DNA of 63,940 nt, filler included, from Reticulomyxa filosa (Eukaryota; Protista; Foraminifera): assembly GCA_000512085.1 (NCBI GenBank). It is 16 parts of 16 records of this genome, joined end to end, with 100 filler letters (N's around TTAATTAATTAA, not from the genome) between each part and the next. Parts side by side here need not be neighbours in the genome. Positions count along the whole stretch, not along the records: positions 44,652 to 58,939 come from ASPP01020861.1; positions 59,040 to 60,623 come from ASPP01019907.1; positions 60,724 to 62,560 come from ASPP01004402.1; positions 62,661 to 63,940 come from ASPP01036302.1; 12 more parts are not named here. One strand, 5' to 3'. A program made the translations under genes and the position numbers. Shown one piece after another: positions 52,310 through 63,940 of this stretch. The first letter of the stretch is position 1; each line of letters begins with the position of its first letter. Under the pieces are notes generated by a model that had not been told where the DNA came from, did no database searches, and saw only the letters and a program-made list of their open reading frames with translations.

Positions 52310-53170
52310 GAAATAATCGATTATTAACTCCTTGATACAATTATGAAAATACGTGATTATGTAAAAATTGCGATTTCTTTTTATTCATTACAGCATACTG
52401 AACTGTCTACAAATAAACAAACTGACGTCGTTGCGATAACTTTTGCTGTGTTTGTGTCAGTAACACAGAATTGTATTAAATGTAAGTATTGAAATTATCA
52501 TTGACTGAAAATTAACTGTGTAACAAGATAGCAAAATGTCACAAATTGCGCTTTGCCGTGTTCTCTTTTTTCTTTATTACTGTTTTTACTAGAGAAATAC
52601 CATCTTCTTGCAATACTCGAATACTTTTTAATTTGTTAAGTTCAATTGATGATCTTTTGTAAATAACAAAGAACAATTTTATAACGATGTATTTTTAATG
52701 ATTTTGCACATCTAAGTTCTGACAGAAAAAACCATTTGATTTCGGAACCGGCTTGCAATTCTTGAAGATCTGAGAAAATTATGAAATCAGTTTCGAGTAT
52801 ATAGATTGGGATTAGATAATGTTACCTTTGAAATGTTTGTACACTATTTTTCTTGTTAACTATCACAAATTAAATATTTTAAAATTTTGTGCGATATTTG
52901 GAGTAGTTTTTTTTTGGAAAAACCTATTAGAAGAAAGGCAAACTGTCAGCGATCGAACACAGAATTTCATCAAAAATTTTTGTCCCAACACACCAGCGAC
53001 ACCTTGTTGAAAAATGGTTACTGAGCTGCGCTACAACACGAATAACCGTAAATACCACACAACGAAAGTCACATCAATCCAAACAAAAAAAAATGATAAA
53101 AAATTTAAAATAGAAATTGAGCACAAACAAAAGAAAAAAAAGCCAACATTTTTGAATTTTTTGTCAAATG

Positions 53171-54518
53171 TTAGGTTTGGTTACTCATGACTAACGACAT
53201 TGATATCGTTTCCAGCATTCCTAGCCTGCACATAAACATTTTCATCTTTGCTCTCAAAATCATAGTCGTGAACGAGGCTGCTGTCATGAAGGCTTGCGAA
53301 GTAGTGTCCAGTATATTTACGTTTCTGCGCATTCTATTGCAATACATCGCATAAATCAATCATATAATCCATTTCGACAAAAAGAAGAGGAAAGCGAGAA
53401 AAAAAATAGAAATTAGAAAAAAGTAAATAAACTTTGATTCGTGCGCTCGATTCATTTGCCATGAAATCGTCTTTGTCTTCCAATGTTCTTTTTCTGACGC
53501 CATAAAGTGGCTCTTCCATTGTTGAAGAGTTGTTGCGTTTGTTATTTTGATCTATTGCCACCACAACAATTGTGTCATTGGCAGTTACGCCATTGGATTG
53601 ATTCGAACAATTTTTTTTTTCTTCTTTTTCTTCTTCCTTTGCTGGCTGTTGTGGTTGTGATTGATTTTGCTGTTGGTGTTGCTGTTGCTGTTGCTGTTGC
53701 TGTTGTTGTTGTTGCTTCTTTTCGGATTTATTTTGTTGGTCTAATGTTATCAACTGTTTCAAAAAGTTACTTTTGGGTTTCACGTTTGGCCGCACTGTCT
53801 TCAGTAAAGTATAGGCACTTTTTAAATCCATTGCGGGTGTGTTGTCATTAACTCCGTAACAAATCAGATACGCGATCACATTGTAGCGCTTCGACTTACG
53901 CCCTTGAGGGAGAGCGAAAATAGAAACGGAATGAAAAAGGAAAAAAAACCGGGGATAAAAACATTCGTCGTTATACGTAGTTCCAAAAAAGTTTTTAATT
54001 GCCATGCTCCACGTTCAGCCGGTCGTTAAAGGTTTTCCATTATTTTTTTCAAAATCCCGCGCAATGAAAGCATAAAATAAAGGCCGGCAAAAAAAATCCA
54101 TTACCCACCATTCAGAAACAACACATTTTTTTTTTTTTTTGTGGCAAGCAAAAAACAAAAAAAAAAAAAATGAAAAGGCAAAAAAAATAGTGGTTAACCT
54201 GTTGGCAATGAACTAATACGGAATGGCCTGTTTTCTGGCCTGATGAATAAATTCCATGCCAGTCCGAAAGTAAGGGGAGATGTCTTCCACATCACTGTCG
54301 ACCACTGGTAACCGCAGATACGAAAAGCGTTCGTCATTCTCAAAGAAATTATGTACTCCTCCTTGTTGTTTGGGAGGAGTCACGTTAACGATGTGAGTTA
54401 TGCCCAGTTGTTCCAATAAATGCAAGGATTTAGCTGCTTTTCTGTCTCCAATATACAGATATTCTATCACAAAAGCGCAACAATCTCTATACTCAACTGG
54501 AATCTCTGAAAACGACAT
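53171..54518 (-). CDS. Dual-specificity protein phosphatase
   Basis: IEYLYIGD..LGITHIVNVT..YLRLPVVDSDVEDISPYF..FIH, then VLVHCQQ, intron, GVSRSAT (HCx5R). Needs two 1-nt corrections (~54232 and ~53881). Poly-Q C-terminal region; 3' end uncertain. Confidence 0.85.
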
Positions 54519-54697
54519 ATGTAGTTTTATGTGTGTTGTTCAAGTTTTCTATTATTTCCAATTGAGGTTTACCCTTCACAAAAGTGCGAATTCAAATACT
54601 AAAGTTGAGCTTCCAAGATATGCAGAATGAATAAGCTTTGACAGTTACGTGTTTAACTAGTAAGATGTTTGAATCAGAAACACAGGGAAAAAGCAAT

Positions 54698-56221
54698 TCA
54701 AAGTTTTGAATAATCAGACAACCAGTCTAACAATTGTGGAGCAAAGTAAGTAATGATAATAGTAGCACCAGCCCTGCGAAAGCCAATGCAATACTCCAAG
54801 ACGGCCTCTTTCAAAGCAAAAGCGCCATTTTTGCTACCATGATACAACATAGCATATTCTCCACTCACTTGATACACTGCAATAGGTATGTCTGGGAGCG
54901 CATTTTTAACGTCTCGAATAAGATCTAAATAAGCCCCACCAGGTTTAACCATAATGAAATCAGCACCCTCATCTCGGCAACGTTTGGCGGCACGAATGCC
55001 AAGTCCTCGTGACGGAGCTGGAAGTTGATACATACTGCGATCTTTCATTGCAGAGAATGTTTTCTTTGCACTCCCTTCGCGATTGGGCGATGAATCACAT
55101 GCATCCCGAAACGGGCCATAAAAGGAAGAGCAGTATTTGGTTGAATAGCTCATTACCTAATTTTCGACAGTGTAATGTATATGATTAATTAAAATTTTTT
55201 TAAAAAGGGGTCTAATTTAGTCTATGTTTTCCGGCCCCCTTTTTTTTTTTTTTTTTTTTTTGAAAAAATAGAAAGATAAAAAGTGTTTAACAGCACATCG
55301 ACCGGCCAAGCCATATTGATGTAGCTTTGCTTTAATGGCTTTGGTTCTTCCGTCCATCATATCCGAAGGTGCCACCACATGTGCGCCAGCACGAGCATAG
55401 TGTGCCGCAACTTCAGCAATTTGTTCAATGCTAAAATAAGGGGGAGGGAGAGAGAAGGGGAACGTAAAAGTTCAATTTGTAACAGTTCCAACTAATTTGG
55501 TGAATGATAAAACCTACATGAAACAATACAACATATGAACGCATACCTTGCCTTATTATCAATATAGCCATCTTTGTCCAGCAAACCGCAATGGCCATGA
55601 TCGGTATAGGCACACAAACAGACGTCACACGAGATCAAGAGATGGGGGTATTTTTTCTTCAGGTACGTAATCGCCAAAACCACGGGCGACAAGTTTGACA
55701 ATGCCACGCCCCCTTGGTTGTCTTTTTGAAATTTCAAACTTTTTTTCGTATCTTTTTCATCGGTCAAAACTCCAAACAATAACACACTTTCCAATCCTTT
55801 TTTTACTAAAGGATCCAATAACTCGGATAACCGATTTACACCCCATCGATAGTGTTCTGGGAGTGTCTTTATTTTTTGTTTTGTTTTTTTTTTTTGATCG
55901 AAAAAAAGAAAGAAAGAAGAGATCGAAAATTCAAGGAAAAAAAAAAAATTTATTTGCTATTTTGCTGAATTATACACATCTATCTCTTCTCTCAATTTAG
56001 CCTATCAATCAACTTTGATTTCTTGCTTCGCATCTGGTTCATCACATACAAAGATAGGAAGCTGCAAATTCGACTTCAATAAAACGTTTTCCCTTTGCCA
56101 CTTACGAAGCGACGGATGAGAGTAACCTGGATGAAGCCATTCTGAAAAAAGCACAACGTGTTGTGTACTGCTCAACAAATAAACTGAATAAGATCTTACC
56201 TTTTGGAGGATCTTTTGACAT
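54698..56221 (-). CDS. ALAD: Delta-aminolevulinic acid dehydratase (porphobilinogen synthase), Zn-binding type, 5 exons
   Basis: [27 protein letters not shown]..; [14 protein letters not shown]; [15 protein letters not shown]; [18 protein letters not shown]; [10 protein letters not shown]; [10 protein letters not shown]. Confidence 0.96.
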
Positions 56222-56597
56222 TACTAAGCAATTTTATCGTTGATAATATTTTTTTTATTTGTTAAGCTACTTTTAATACGCAAGAATTTTCTGCACAAAC
56301 GATGAAAACAAATCTTAAAATTGGCTTTGATTCGAAAAAATACAAATTAACTTAAGTTATCAGTCGAGAGAACATTGTTGAGCATTTTTTTAGTAAATAT
56401 AACCACGCTTGAAATATTTTAATAAAACCAATTTATAAAATAATCATTTGTACAAAATGCTGCTTTTTCTCTTATACAATAAATGAGGCTCATTGAGGAA
56501 AGTAGAGTCAATAGAATATGTGTAATTTACGCTAGGTTGACGTCACTAGTTATTGAAATTCTGTAATTGGTAATTTATTCCAAATAATAAAGACAGA

Positions 56598-56943
56598 ATG
56601 ACTGATCAAATATATTCTGCAGAACAAATCGTCATCCCAAATAAATTGCCACAACTACTGAAAGGATTTGCCAAAGAAGTTATTCGATACAATCCACATG
56701 ACATTCCTCAGTTCGCCATTGAGTTAAGTCTTATGTTACATTCATGAATTAAAATGTTTTTAAAACAACTGTGCCATTTGTAGATATTTTCAAGCCATCA
56801 AAGAGGACAAATTAGAAGCTTTTCTAAAACAATGTGAAGACAAAGTTAAGCGAATTTTGTAATTTCTTTAAGAATTACTTTAAATATCCGAAATATGGGT
56901 GTAGGCTCGAAATGTCACCAAAAAATTAGAGAAGGGGCAATGA
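56598..56943 (+). CDS. RIIa dimerisation/docking-domain protein (ropporin / RSP11-like), 3 small exons
   Basis: MTDQIYSAEQIVIPNKLPQLLKGFAKEVIRYNPHDIPQFAIE-YFQAI..; introns 56723-56783 and 56845-56904. Not in the ORF track. Confidence 0.78.
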
Positions 56944-57248
56944 TTGTATCTGGTCATCAAAGTAACAGCGCACCTATGACAGCTTTCAAAAACACAAAAC
57001 AAGAAGCAATCCATTCCCTTCTTTAGAGTATCATAAAAATTTTTGAGTTTGTTTCAGCCAATTGCAAGTTAAAAAGTATGTAATGAAATACCATTTAGAA
57101 TGTTCAAGTAAAATTTTTAACGAGGTCAATTGATAAATTTAGGAAAAAGCAAATACATTGTTTCGGTACTTTTTTTTTAGATCAAAAAATTATCAAAAAT
57201 TGTGTAAAAGAACCCAAAAGCGGACCAATAAAACAAGATCCTTGAACA

Positions 57249-58895
57249 TTAATTGAGTATTGAGGTCAACCCTTGCGTCAGTTTTTGTTCAATATAATCA
57301 TTTGGTTTGTTTTTCCAATATTTTTTCATATCATTGACAACAAATGGGATGCTTTGAGAATAAAAATGTTGATATTGCAATGGGACAACGATATTCCCAT
57401 AGGTGGACAATAAGCTAATATGGGCATTGCTTTCATTGTCATCTGCAAACAGCTTGACATACCACTGCATCCCATCTGAAAAAATTTTCCCTTGATTTTT
57501 GTCTTTTGCCTCCTCAGCATATTGTATCCATTTTTTGACAAACTTGACATGATCACCCAGTTCATATTTGTGAATGACTTGAAAAATTCCCGGAGCTCCA
57601 AACTCACTCAAAAATCGATGACAAGTATTGCTTACCAGAAACTTGTACATATTGGCCGCAATGTATTGTTGCATATATGTATTTTCATACCAATTTTCAA
57701 ACCACATATCCCAGTTGCCATTTTGCTTTTGTTTTTGATGTTGATATTCGGCCATCCAAAGACTAGAATTAATCCAGTCGCATGTGAGTTTGCAATGTCC
57801 ATTGGTATGTTCAAAAGTGTCTTGAGCAATTTTTTTCAATTGTTCATTTGAAATTTGTCCCTTCAAAGATCCGTCCAATTGCACTTTTTTTTGCAGGAGC
57901 TCCATGATTTGTTCAGTCGAAAAGAACAGTTCATTTCCATGGAAGACCATATCTTTGTTAGTCTTCACACAAATGTTGATTTGACTGCCATAATTCAAGG
58001 CGTTGTAACACAGCATGCTCGCATCATCGCCAAAGGCAACAATGGTCAGTTGCTGTCGCTCCAACAGCCGTCCCAAAGTACGATGGAGCTTTTCAAATGC
58101 ACCCCGGTCCAACAACAGATTATCCAAGTGGTCTACTACCAACACCAAGTGGTGATAGTCATCCGAGTCCCGCTTCTGTGTCGTCTCTTCATCTGTAGTA
58201 GATCGGAACAATGACATCAGTTCCGATAATTGCGTTTTGATTTTCATTTGCAATCCTTTCAGCAGCGATGGTTTCGTTTGTTTTGCAATCGCATATTCTA
58301 ATGATCCACGAAGTACATCCCACTCATCGTAGGGATTTGAGAGTTTCATATCTGCAAGGTTGATCCTGATTAAATTATACATATGCATATACATATATAT
58401 ATATATATATGTATATATATATGTATATGTATATACATATAATATTATATATGCATATGTATATATATTAACTGAATCCCCCAATTTTTTTCAAAAATTT
58501 TTTCCACCGGTGAGCGTTTGAACTTTTGTGACAGATGCTTTCGCACTTCGGGCATGTCTTGAATATCCAAACACTGTAAGTCAAGATAGAGATAGTCGTA
58601 AACAAAGGGGGAGTTTTTTTTTGGTGGGCGTTCACTGATAAGTTTGCGGAACACATGTCGCATCAAAGTCGATTTTCCGTTCCCAGGGATTACAAAGTTG
58701 ATGTGATTCAATCGACAGTATTGCAAGCCATTTTCTATATAGTTCATTACGTTCGATTCGATTTCATTGTGAGACACATACTGATCCGTTGAAATCTCAT
58801 TCCCATGTAAGCATGCCTTATTCACTCCTTTGTCGATTATTTGCTGTCCCAACTGTCGACATGGCAATGGTGACAGTCTCGATGTCAATCGAAAA

Positions 58896-58900
<5 letters not shown>
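57249..58900 (-). CDS. STAND-like P-loop NTPase domain protein, 5'-partial
   Basis: Walker A-like VIPGNGKSTLMR, Walker B LVLVVDHLD, GxP-equivalent FEHTNGHCKL. A phase-2 intron (~58472-58367) with a TA microsatellite joins the two ORFs. Confidence 0.65.
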
Positions 58901-58932
<32 letters not shown>

Positions 58933-59809
58933 TTTTTTTNNNNNNNNNNNNNNNNNNNNNNNNNNNNNNNNNNNNNNNNNNNNTTAATTAATTAANNNNN
59001 NNNNNNNNNNNNNNNNNNNNNNNNNNNNNNNNNNNNNNNTTCGTTGGTCAATAAAACCCAGTTTTTGTTATAGCAACCAGAAATGGAAAAGAGTTCTTTT
59101 CTATTTTCTAATTTCTTTTCTTCTCTTTCATCATCCAAGTTCAGCATTAGAGTTTTCTTTTAGTATGATGCAGAGTTGTTTTTTTCTTCTCTAGAAAAAG
59201 GGTGTGTTTAAAAAAAAAAAAAAAGGAGACAGAACACAAAACTTGGAGTACCAGATGAACAACCCGAGTTATGGAAAGATAGAATACTAAAATCTATCTC
59301 ATAAGCATGAATAATGCAAAGAATACTAGTTTTCTTGACATGGTGCTTATGTGTGAAGCAGAGTATTGTCAGTGTTTAAAGGAGCCGATGCAGATGTTCA
59401 TTTTAGTGTTGGGAATACATTAAAATTGGTATATTCGATTGTTGAAAAGCAGCAAGAAACTAAAGATTGTGTTCTTTGAAGACAATTTTAATAAAAAAAA
59501 AAAATACGAAATTGATTCAAAAAATAAAAATAAATACTGTTTTCAAAAATAGTGAAATATGTTATCTATCATTGACAAAATTATTATGAATTAACAGACA
59601 CAAAAGATAATATATATATGTATATAAAAGGTTACAATTTTATCAAATATTTTTTTGGATATTTTTTTCATAAATTATTTCATCAAAATTACAAGCATTA
59701 ATATTTAATGTATTGATGTTGTTTCAACACAAATTTATTATTTATTTATTTCTTTTTTATTAAAAAAGAAAATATTTGGACTATGTGTCAAATAATATAG
59801 CATTATAAC

Positions 59810-60600
59810 TGAGCTATCGTTGATATAAATTCAGCACAATAATTATCATTTATTTTTTGTTCATTATTTTTTCCTTTCTTTTTTTAATGATATAAATGTA
59901 AGACAATATACTCCTTTATCATCTTTCTCGTTACCTCTTATCAAATGTAATTCATTATTATTCGATTGAATATCCGAAAAAACGAATTGTATTATCACAT
60001 TTGAAATATCACTATTATTCTTTATTACAAATGGTAAATATTTAACATAATTTATACCTCTTATATGTCCATTGAACATTTGAATTTTATGTTTGTACCA
60101 CCAATAATCCCTAATTTATTTATTCCATATTTTACACTCTTTACATAATCTTCATGTCCTTTGAATACAGTCAATTGTTTATCCATATATAATCTAAAGC
60201 AAATGATGTATCCATTTTCATCAGTATGATTATATTTATTAAAAATATGTAATGAGTTAGATGTTTCAATATCATATAAGCAAATAATTTTTATCAGCGG
60301 ATCTTGATCATAAATATTGACCATCATTAAATGATGAAAATTCAATACCACAAACACTTTGAGTATGTTGATTGAATAATTTCAATTATTGATCATATTC
60401 TCCATCGAATATTAAATAATCAATTCCCCACACATAACCAATAAGATGTGTTAAGCATTTTATATTATGATAATAACAAATAAAACATAATATAATTGAC
60501 AACAAATTTGATTCATATCCGATATTTAATAATTACTTTAATTTTCATTTGATAGATTTATCTTAAATTATATACAATTAAATTTAGAAGACAATCATTT
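59810..60600 (-). pseudogene. WD40-family pseudogene
   Basis: LYDIETSNSLHIF, QLTVFKGHEDYVKSVKYG, FNGHIRGINYVKYLPF; internal deletions and frameshifts. Confidence 0.85.
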
Positions 60601-60809
60601 TTCTGAAGGAGTTACTTTTTTTANNNNNNNNNNNNNNNNNNNNNNNNNNNNNNNNNNNNNNNNNNNNTTAATTAATTAANNNNNNNNNNNNNNNNNNNNN
60701 NNNNNNNNNNNNNNNNNNNNNNNAATTTATTTCTTGTGAGTTAGAGAAAATTGTTGAATGATTAGAGTAAATTGTATTTTATATATTTATTTTTTTGATT
60801 GAAAATGCA

Positions 60810-60930
60810 GAAATGAATATAATGAAGATACTATTTGGTGTGTTGATATTTTACCATTGCAAAGCAATAATAACAATGATAGTAGTAATATTGGTGTGAT
60901 TGATGTAAATGGATATACAATATGTTTTGG
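60810..60930 (+). pseudogene. WD40-family fragment
   Basis: EDTIWCVDILPLQSNNNNDSSNIGVIDVNGYTICFG matches the family's N-rich insert blade. Confidence 0.75.
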
Positions 60931-61909
60931 CTTTTCGCTTTCAAAATTGACTTTGATGACAAAATACATTAAACAAGCTGTTGAGAAGAAAAGCATACTA
61001 ACTGTGATTTTATTTCAAACGCAAATACTTAAGCTTAAACGAACAAAAATAATTATCCTTCCCAATGGATCTTCAATAATTTACAATGTAAGAAGCAATA
61101 GATAAAGAAGGGATGGATTGACAATGAAACACATGAGTGTCAAAACCATTTCTTATCATTTCTTTGAAATCTTTAATAAGTTTTGAAAATTTGGACTTAT
61201 AAAATCGATAAAAATGGACTCGTTCTGTTGAATTAAGACACAATATGCTTGAACCTTAGAGATGATCGATTTTCTCATAAAAAAATAGCACCCAGACCAA
61301 TTTTTTTTTAATACCTATACATTAAGCACTTTCTGAAAATGCTTTAAAAAAAGTTGTCAAATTTCATGATTTCGATATAACGCGATTGTCAACTTTCTTA
61401 AAAATTTCAAAAATTAATAAAATATTCAAATTTTTCAAACAATTAGGAAAGATTTAATAAAAAATCAAATTACATTTAAAAACTAGACAATTCACGGATA
61501 TTTTTTAAATAAAAAAAATTAGGTCTTCATGAAGAAAATCAATTATCTCTATAATATGCCGCTTTATGTGCCAAAAAATCCTATGAAAGATATAAATTTG
61601 AAAATATTACATTGTGGGGATGTCACATTATCCCTTTTATTTTTATTTTTTCTTTTTTTTTTGAAAAAAGTTATTGTAATTATAAGACTTTTTGAATTTT
61701 TTTTATCAAAATAGATGATGCATAAGAAATTTATTTTGAATTGAGATATGAGGTATATGTTTTAATTTTGTGCACTTTTTTATTTAAATGATTTTTTTTT
61801 CAACGTGGAACAAAAAGTTTTGAAGTATTTTCAAAGTCCATTCATTGAACTGAGAAAAAGTTCAAACATTTTCAATTTCACGTCATTGAAGACAATCATA
61901 AGCGAAAAA

Positions 61910-62560
61910 ATATAAAAAGTTGACATTATTCAACATTTGAAGATAATGGATTCATATGTTCTGAATCAGTTGATAATACAATTCGTGTATGGAATGTTGA
62001 CAGCAACAAACAAATTCATATTTAATGGACATTCAAATTCTGTGTATTGTGTGAAATTTTCGCCATATCATTATCATAATAATCGTCGTAATGTTATTTG
62101 TTCTTCTTCAGGAGACCAAACCATTCGTTTTTGTGATATCAAACATAGTCGAAAATTCATGGTATATCGAAACAACCAAACAATTAACTATTTTTAAAGG
62201 GCATCAATATTATGTGTGGAGTGTAAAATATGGATCAAATGAATTAGGATTAGTAATGGTGCAAATACTATTTATCTGGATTAAATGATAAAAGCGTTCG
62301 TTTGTGGGACACTCGATGTGGTCAACAAATCCAAGTGTTTAATGGACATACAAGTTGGGTTTGTGTTGTTGAATATTCACCATTTATAATAAAGAATAGC
62401 AATGAAGTTGTTGGAAATAATGTGATATGTTCTGGTTCATGTGATAATACAATTCGTTTTTGGGATATTCGATCAAATAAGGATGAATTATATGTGATCA
62501 AAGGAGATAATGGAATAATATGTCTTAAATTTCTATTACCAAAGAAGAAAGAAAAAAACA
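61910..62560 (+). pseudogene. WD40-family pseudogene
   Basis: FNGHSNSVYCVKFSPYHYHNNRRNVICSSSGDQTIRF; FKGHQYYVWSVKYG; FNGHTSWVCVVEYSPF..SGSCDNTIRFWDIRSN; frameshifts and a missing middle segment. Confidence 0.88.
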
Positions 62561-62660
62561 NNNNNNNNNNNNNNNNNNNNNNNNNNNNNNNNNNNNNNNN
62601 NNNNTTAATTAATTAANNNNNNNNNNNNNNNNNNNNNNNNNNNNNNNNNNNNNNNNNNNN

Positions 62661-63940
62661 ATTTCAGGGAAATTGAATGAGAAACAACTGGAAGAAGTCG
62701 TCAATACTTTGATGAGTGGATTGAAAGATGACGATTACTTTGTTCGTAAATCATATGCAAAATCACTTGGAGTAATTTCAACGAATTCGACTGATAAACA
62801 ACTGGAAGAAGTTTTCAATGCTTTGCCAAAGGAGCAGCAAGATTGTTACTTTGATTCATATGAAAAAGCACTTGAAGAAATTTCAACAAAATGGAATGAA
62901 AAACAATCGAAGAGGGTTTTCAACGCTTTGATATTTTTTTCCAAACATTCGAGCAACACAAACAACGACAAAGATAAAGATAGACGATTGATGAAATTAC
63001 TTGGAGTAATTTCAACGAATTTGACTGATAAACAACTGGAAGGAGTTTTCAATGCTTTGCCAAATAATCTGGCATATTATTACTTTAAATCATATAAAAA
63101 AGCGCTTGAAGAAATTTCAACGAAATGGAATGAAAAACAAACGGAGAGAGCCTTCAACGCTTTGATATTTGTTTTTAAACATTCGATGGATACAAACAAC
63201 GACAAAGATTATTATTTGGTGGAATTACTTGGAATAATATCAACGAAATTGAATGACAAACAATTTTATTTATTGGTGATACATTTGTTGGAAAGAGCGA
63301 AAAATAAATGTGAATTGTATGTGAATCGTGCATTGTCAAAAATATCCGAAGATATGTGGAAACGTGCAACAATTTGTGGACTGAAAGAAAATATCCAAAT
63401 GAAAAATGAAAATACATTGATGAACAAAGAGAATTCAAATAATTATATTTGCAAAATAGACAATGACACAAACATACGATTATTGGTATTTGGTTTGATG
63501 ACATTCAATCCTTGCATTCAATTGAACTGTGATGATAATAACACCAATTTCGATGCTTTAGATGAGTTAATCAGATATTGTGATAAACAAGCCATTAAAT
63601 GGAAATTTCCAACTCAATTAAAGTGGAATAATAGTAATATTGACAGTGATATTGAATATCCTTGTTTGAGTAATGAAATTGAACAAGTTTCTAATGATGA
63701 GAATGAATTCAAAGGATATTACACTGTTATTCACGAAGCAGCAAGATCAGGAGACTTGTCACAATTCAAATTGACATTGCAAAATCATCCTGATATTGAT
63801 ATAAATGATTCATGTAATGAGCATCGACAAACTCCATTGCATTTGGCAATCAATAATGGACATTGGGATATTGCTCGTTATTGCATTCAAAAGGAAGCAT
63901 ATATTGATATCAGAGAGGGTGCTGTCAACTCTCTCATATT
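62661..63940 (+). CDS. HEAT-like repeat plus ankyrin repeat protein, partial at both ends
   Basis: The frame starting at 62661 has no stop to the window end (absent from the ORF track): ISGKLNEKQLEEVVNTLMSGLKDDDYFVRKSYAKSLGVIS.. (PBS-lyase HEAT-like), then VIHEAARSGD..RQTPLHLAINNGHWDIARYCIQKEAYID (ankyrin). Confidence 0.88.
   Translation, partial: MSGKLNEKQLEEVVNTLMSGLKDDDYFVRKSYAKSLGVISTNSTDKQLEEVFNALPKEQQDCYFDSYEKALEEISTKWNEKQSKRVFNALIFFSKHSSNTNNDKDKDRRLMKLLGVISTNLTDKQLEGVFNALPNNLAYYYFKSYKKALEEISTKWNEKQTERAFNALIFVFKHSMDTNNDKDYYLVELLGIISTKLNDKQFYLLVIHLLERAKNKCELYVNRALSKISEDMWKRATICGLKENIQMKNENTLMNKENSNNYICKIDNDTNIRLLVFGLMTFNPCIQLNCDDNNTNFDALDELIRYCDKQAIKWKFPTQLKWNNSNIDSDIEYPCLSNEIEQVSNDENEFKGYYTVIHEAARSGDLSQFKLTLQNHPDIDINDSCNEHRQTPLHLAINNGHWDIARYCIQKEAYIDIREGAVNSLI

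Noticed and set aside
53870-54240. Programmed frameshifting in the phosphatase
   Set aside because: No slippery heptamer or stimulatory structure; each shift is fixed by adding one base, so sequencing error is more likely.
57249-63940. Apparent immune gene cluster (STAND NTPase, WD40s, HEAT-ankyrin)
   Set aside because: The genes are on four separate contigs, so their adjacency is an artefact of concatenation.
1-63940. tRNA, rRNA, transposase or reverse-transcriptase genes
   Set aside because: None recognised by eye; a tRNAscan-SE/Infernal/RepeatModeler run would be needed to exclude them.

Overview
Eukaryotic, AT-rich, intron-containing genomic DNA. The window is not contiguous: it is 16 short contigs joined by 15 artificial 100-bp spacers (N44-TTAATTAATTAA-N44), so adjacency across spacers has no biological meaning. 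The WD40 and HEAT/ankyrin families, the A/T homopolymer-rich introns and the many pseudogenes resemble the foraminiferan Reticulomyxa filosa (Rhizaria); this is an inference, not a database result. Recognisable genes: Sec61-alpha (3' part), FAHD1, ALAD/HEM2, GH18 chitobiase, a dual-specificity phosphatase, a C2H2 zinc-finger protein, a tandem-START protein, a 7TM-RGS protein, a tropomodulin-like LRR protein, BORCS6-like, ropporin/RSP11-like, C365.16-like and bromodomain-like proteins, a STAND-like NTPase, a HEAT+ankyrin protein and one intact WD40 gene. Decayed copies of HSP90, SYS1, a proline-racemase-family gene, a U2AF65-like UHM domain and several WD40 genes are also present. Most interesting: (1) an apparent spliced DUF488 + 2H-phosphoesterase fusion, a candidate nucleic-acid end-healing enzyme; (2) immune-like features, namely variable WD40 and HEAT repeats, a STAND NTPase and a Cys-rich receptor with ITAM-spaced tyrosines; (3) unusual introns with poly(A)-AG acceptors and poly(T)/poly(A) foldback hairpins. 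Several single-base frameshifts look like homopolymer sequencing errors. All gene models were spliced by eye.
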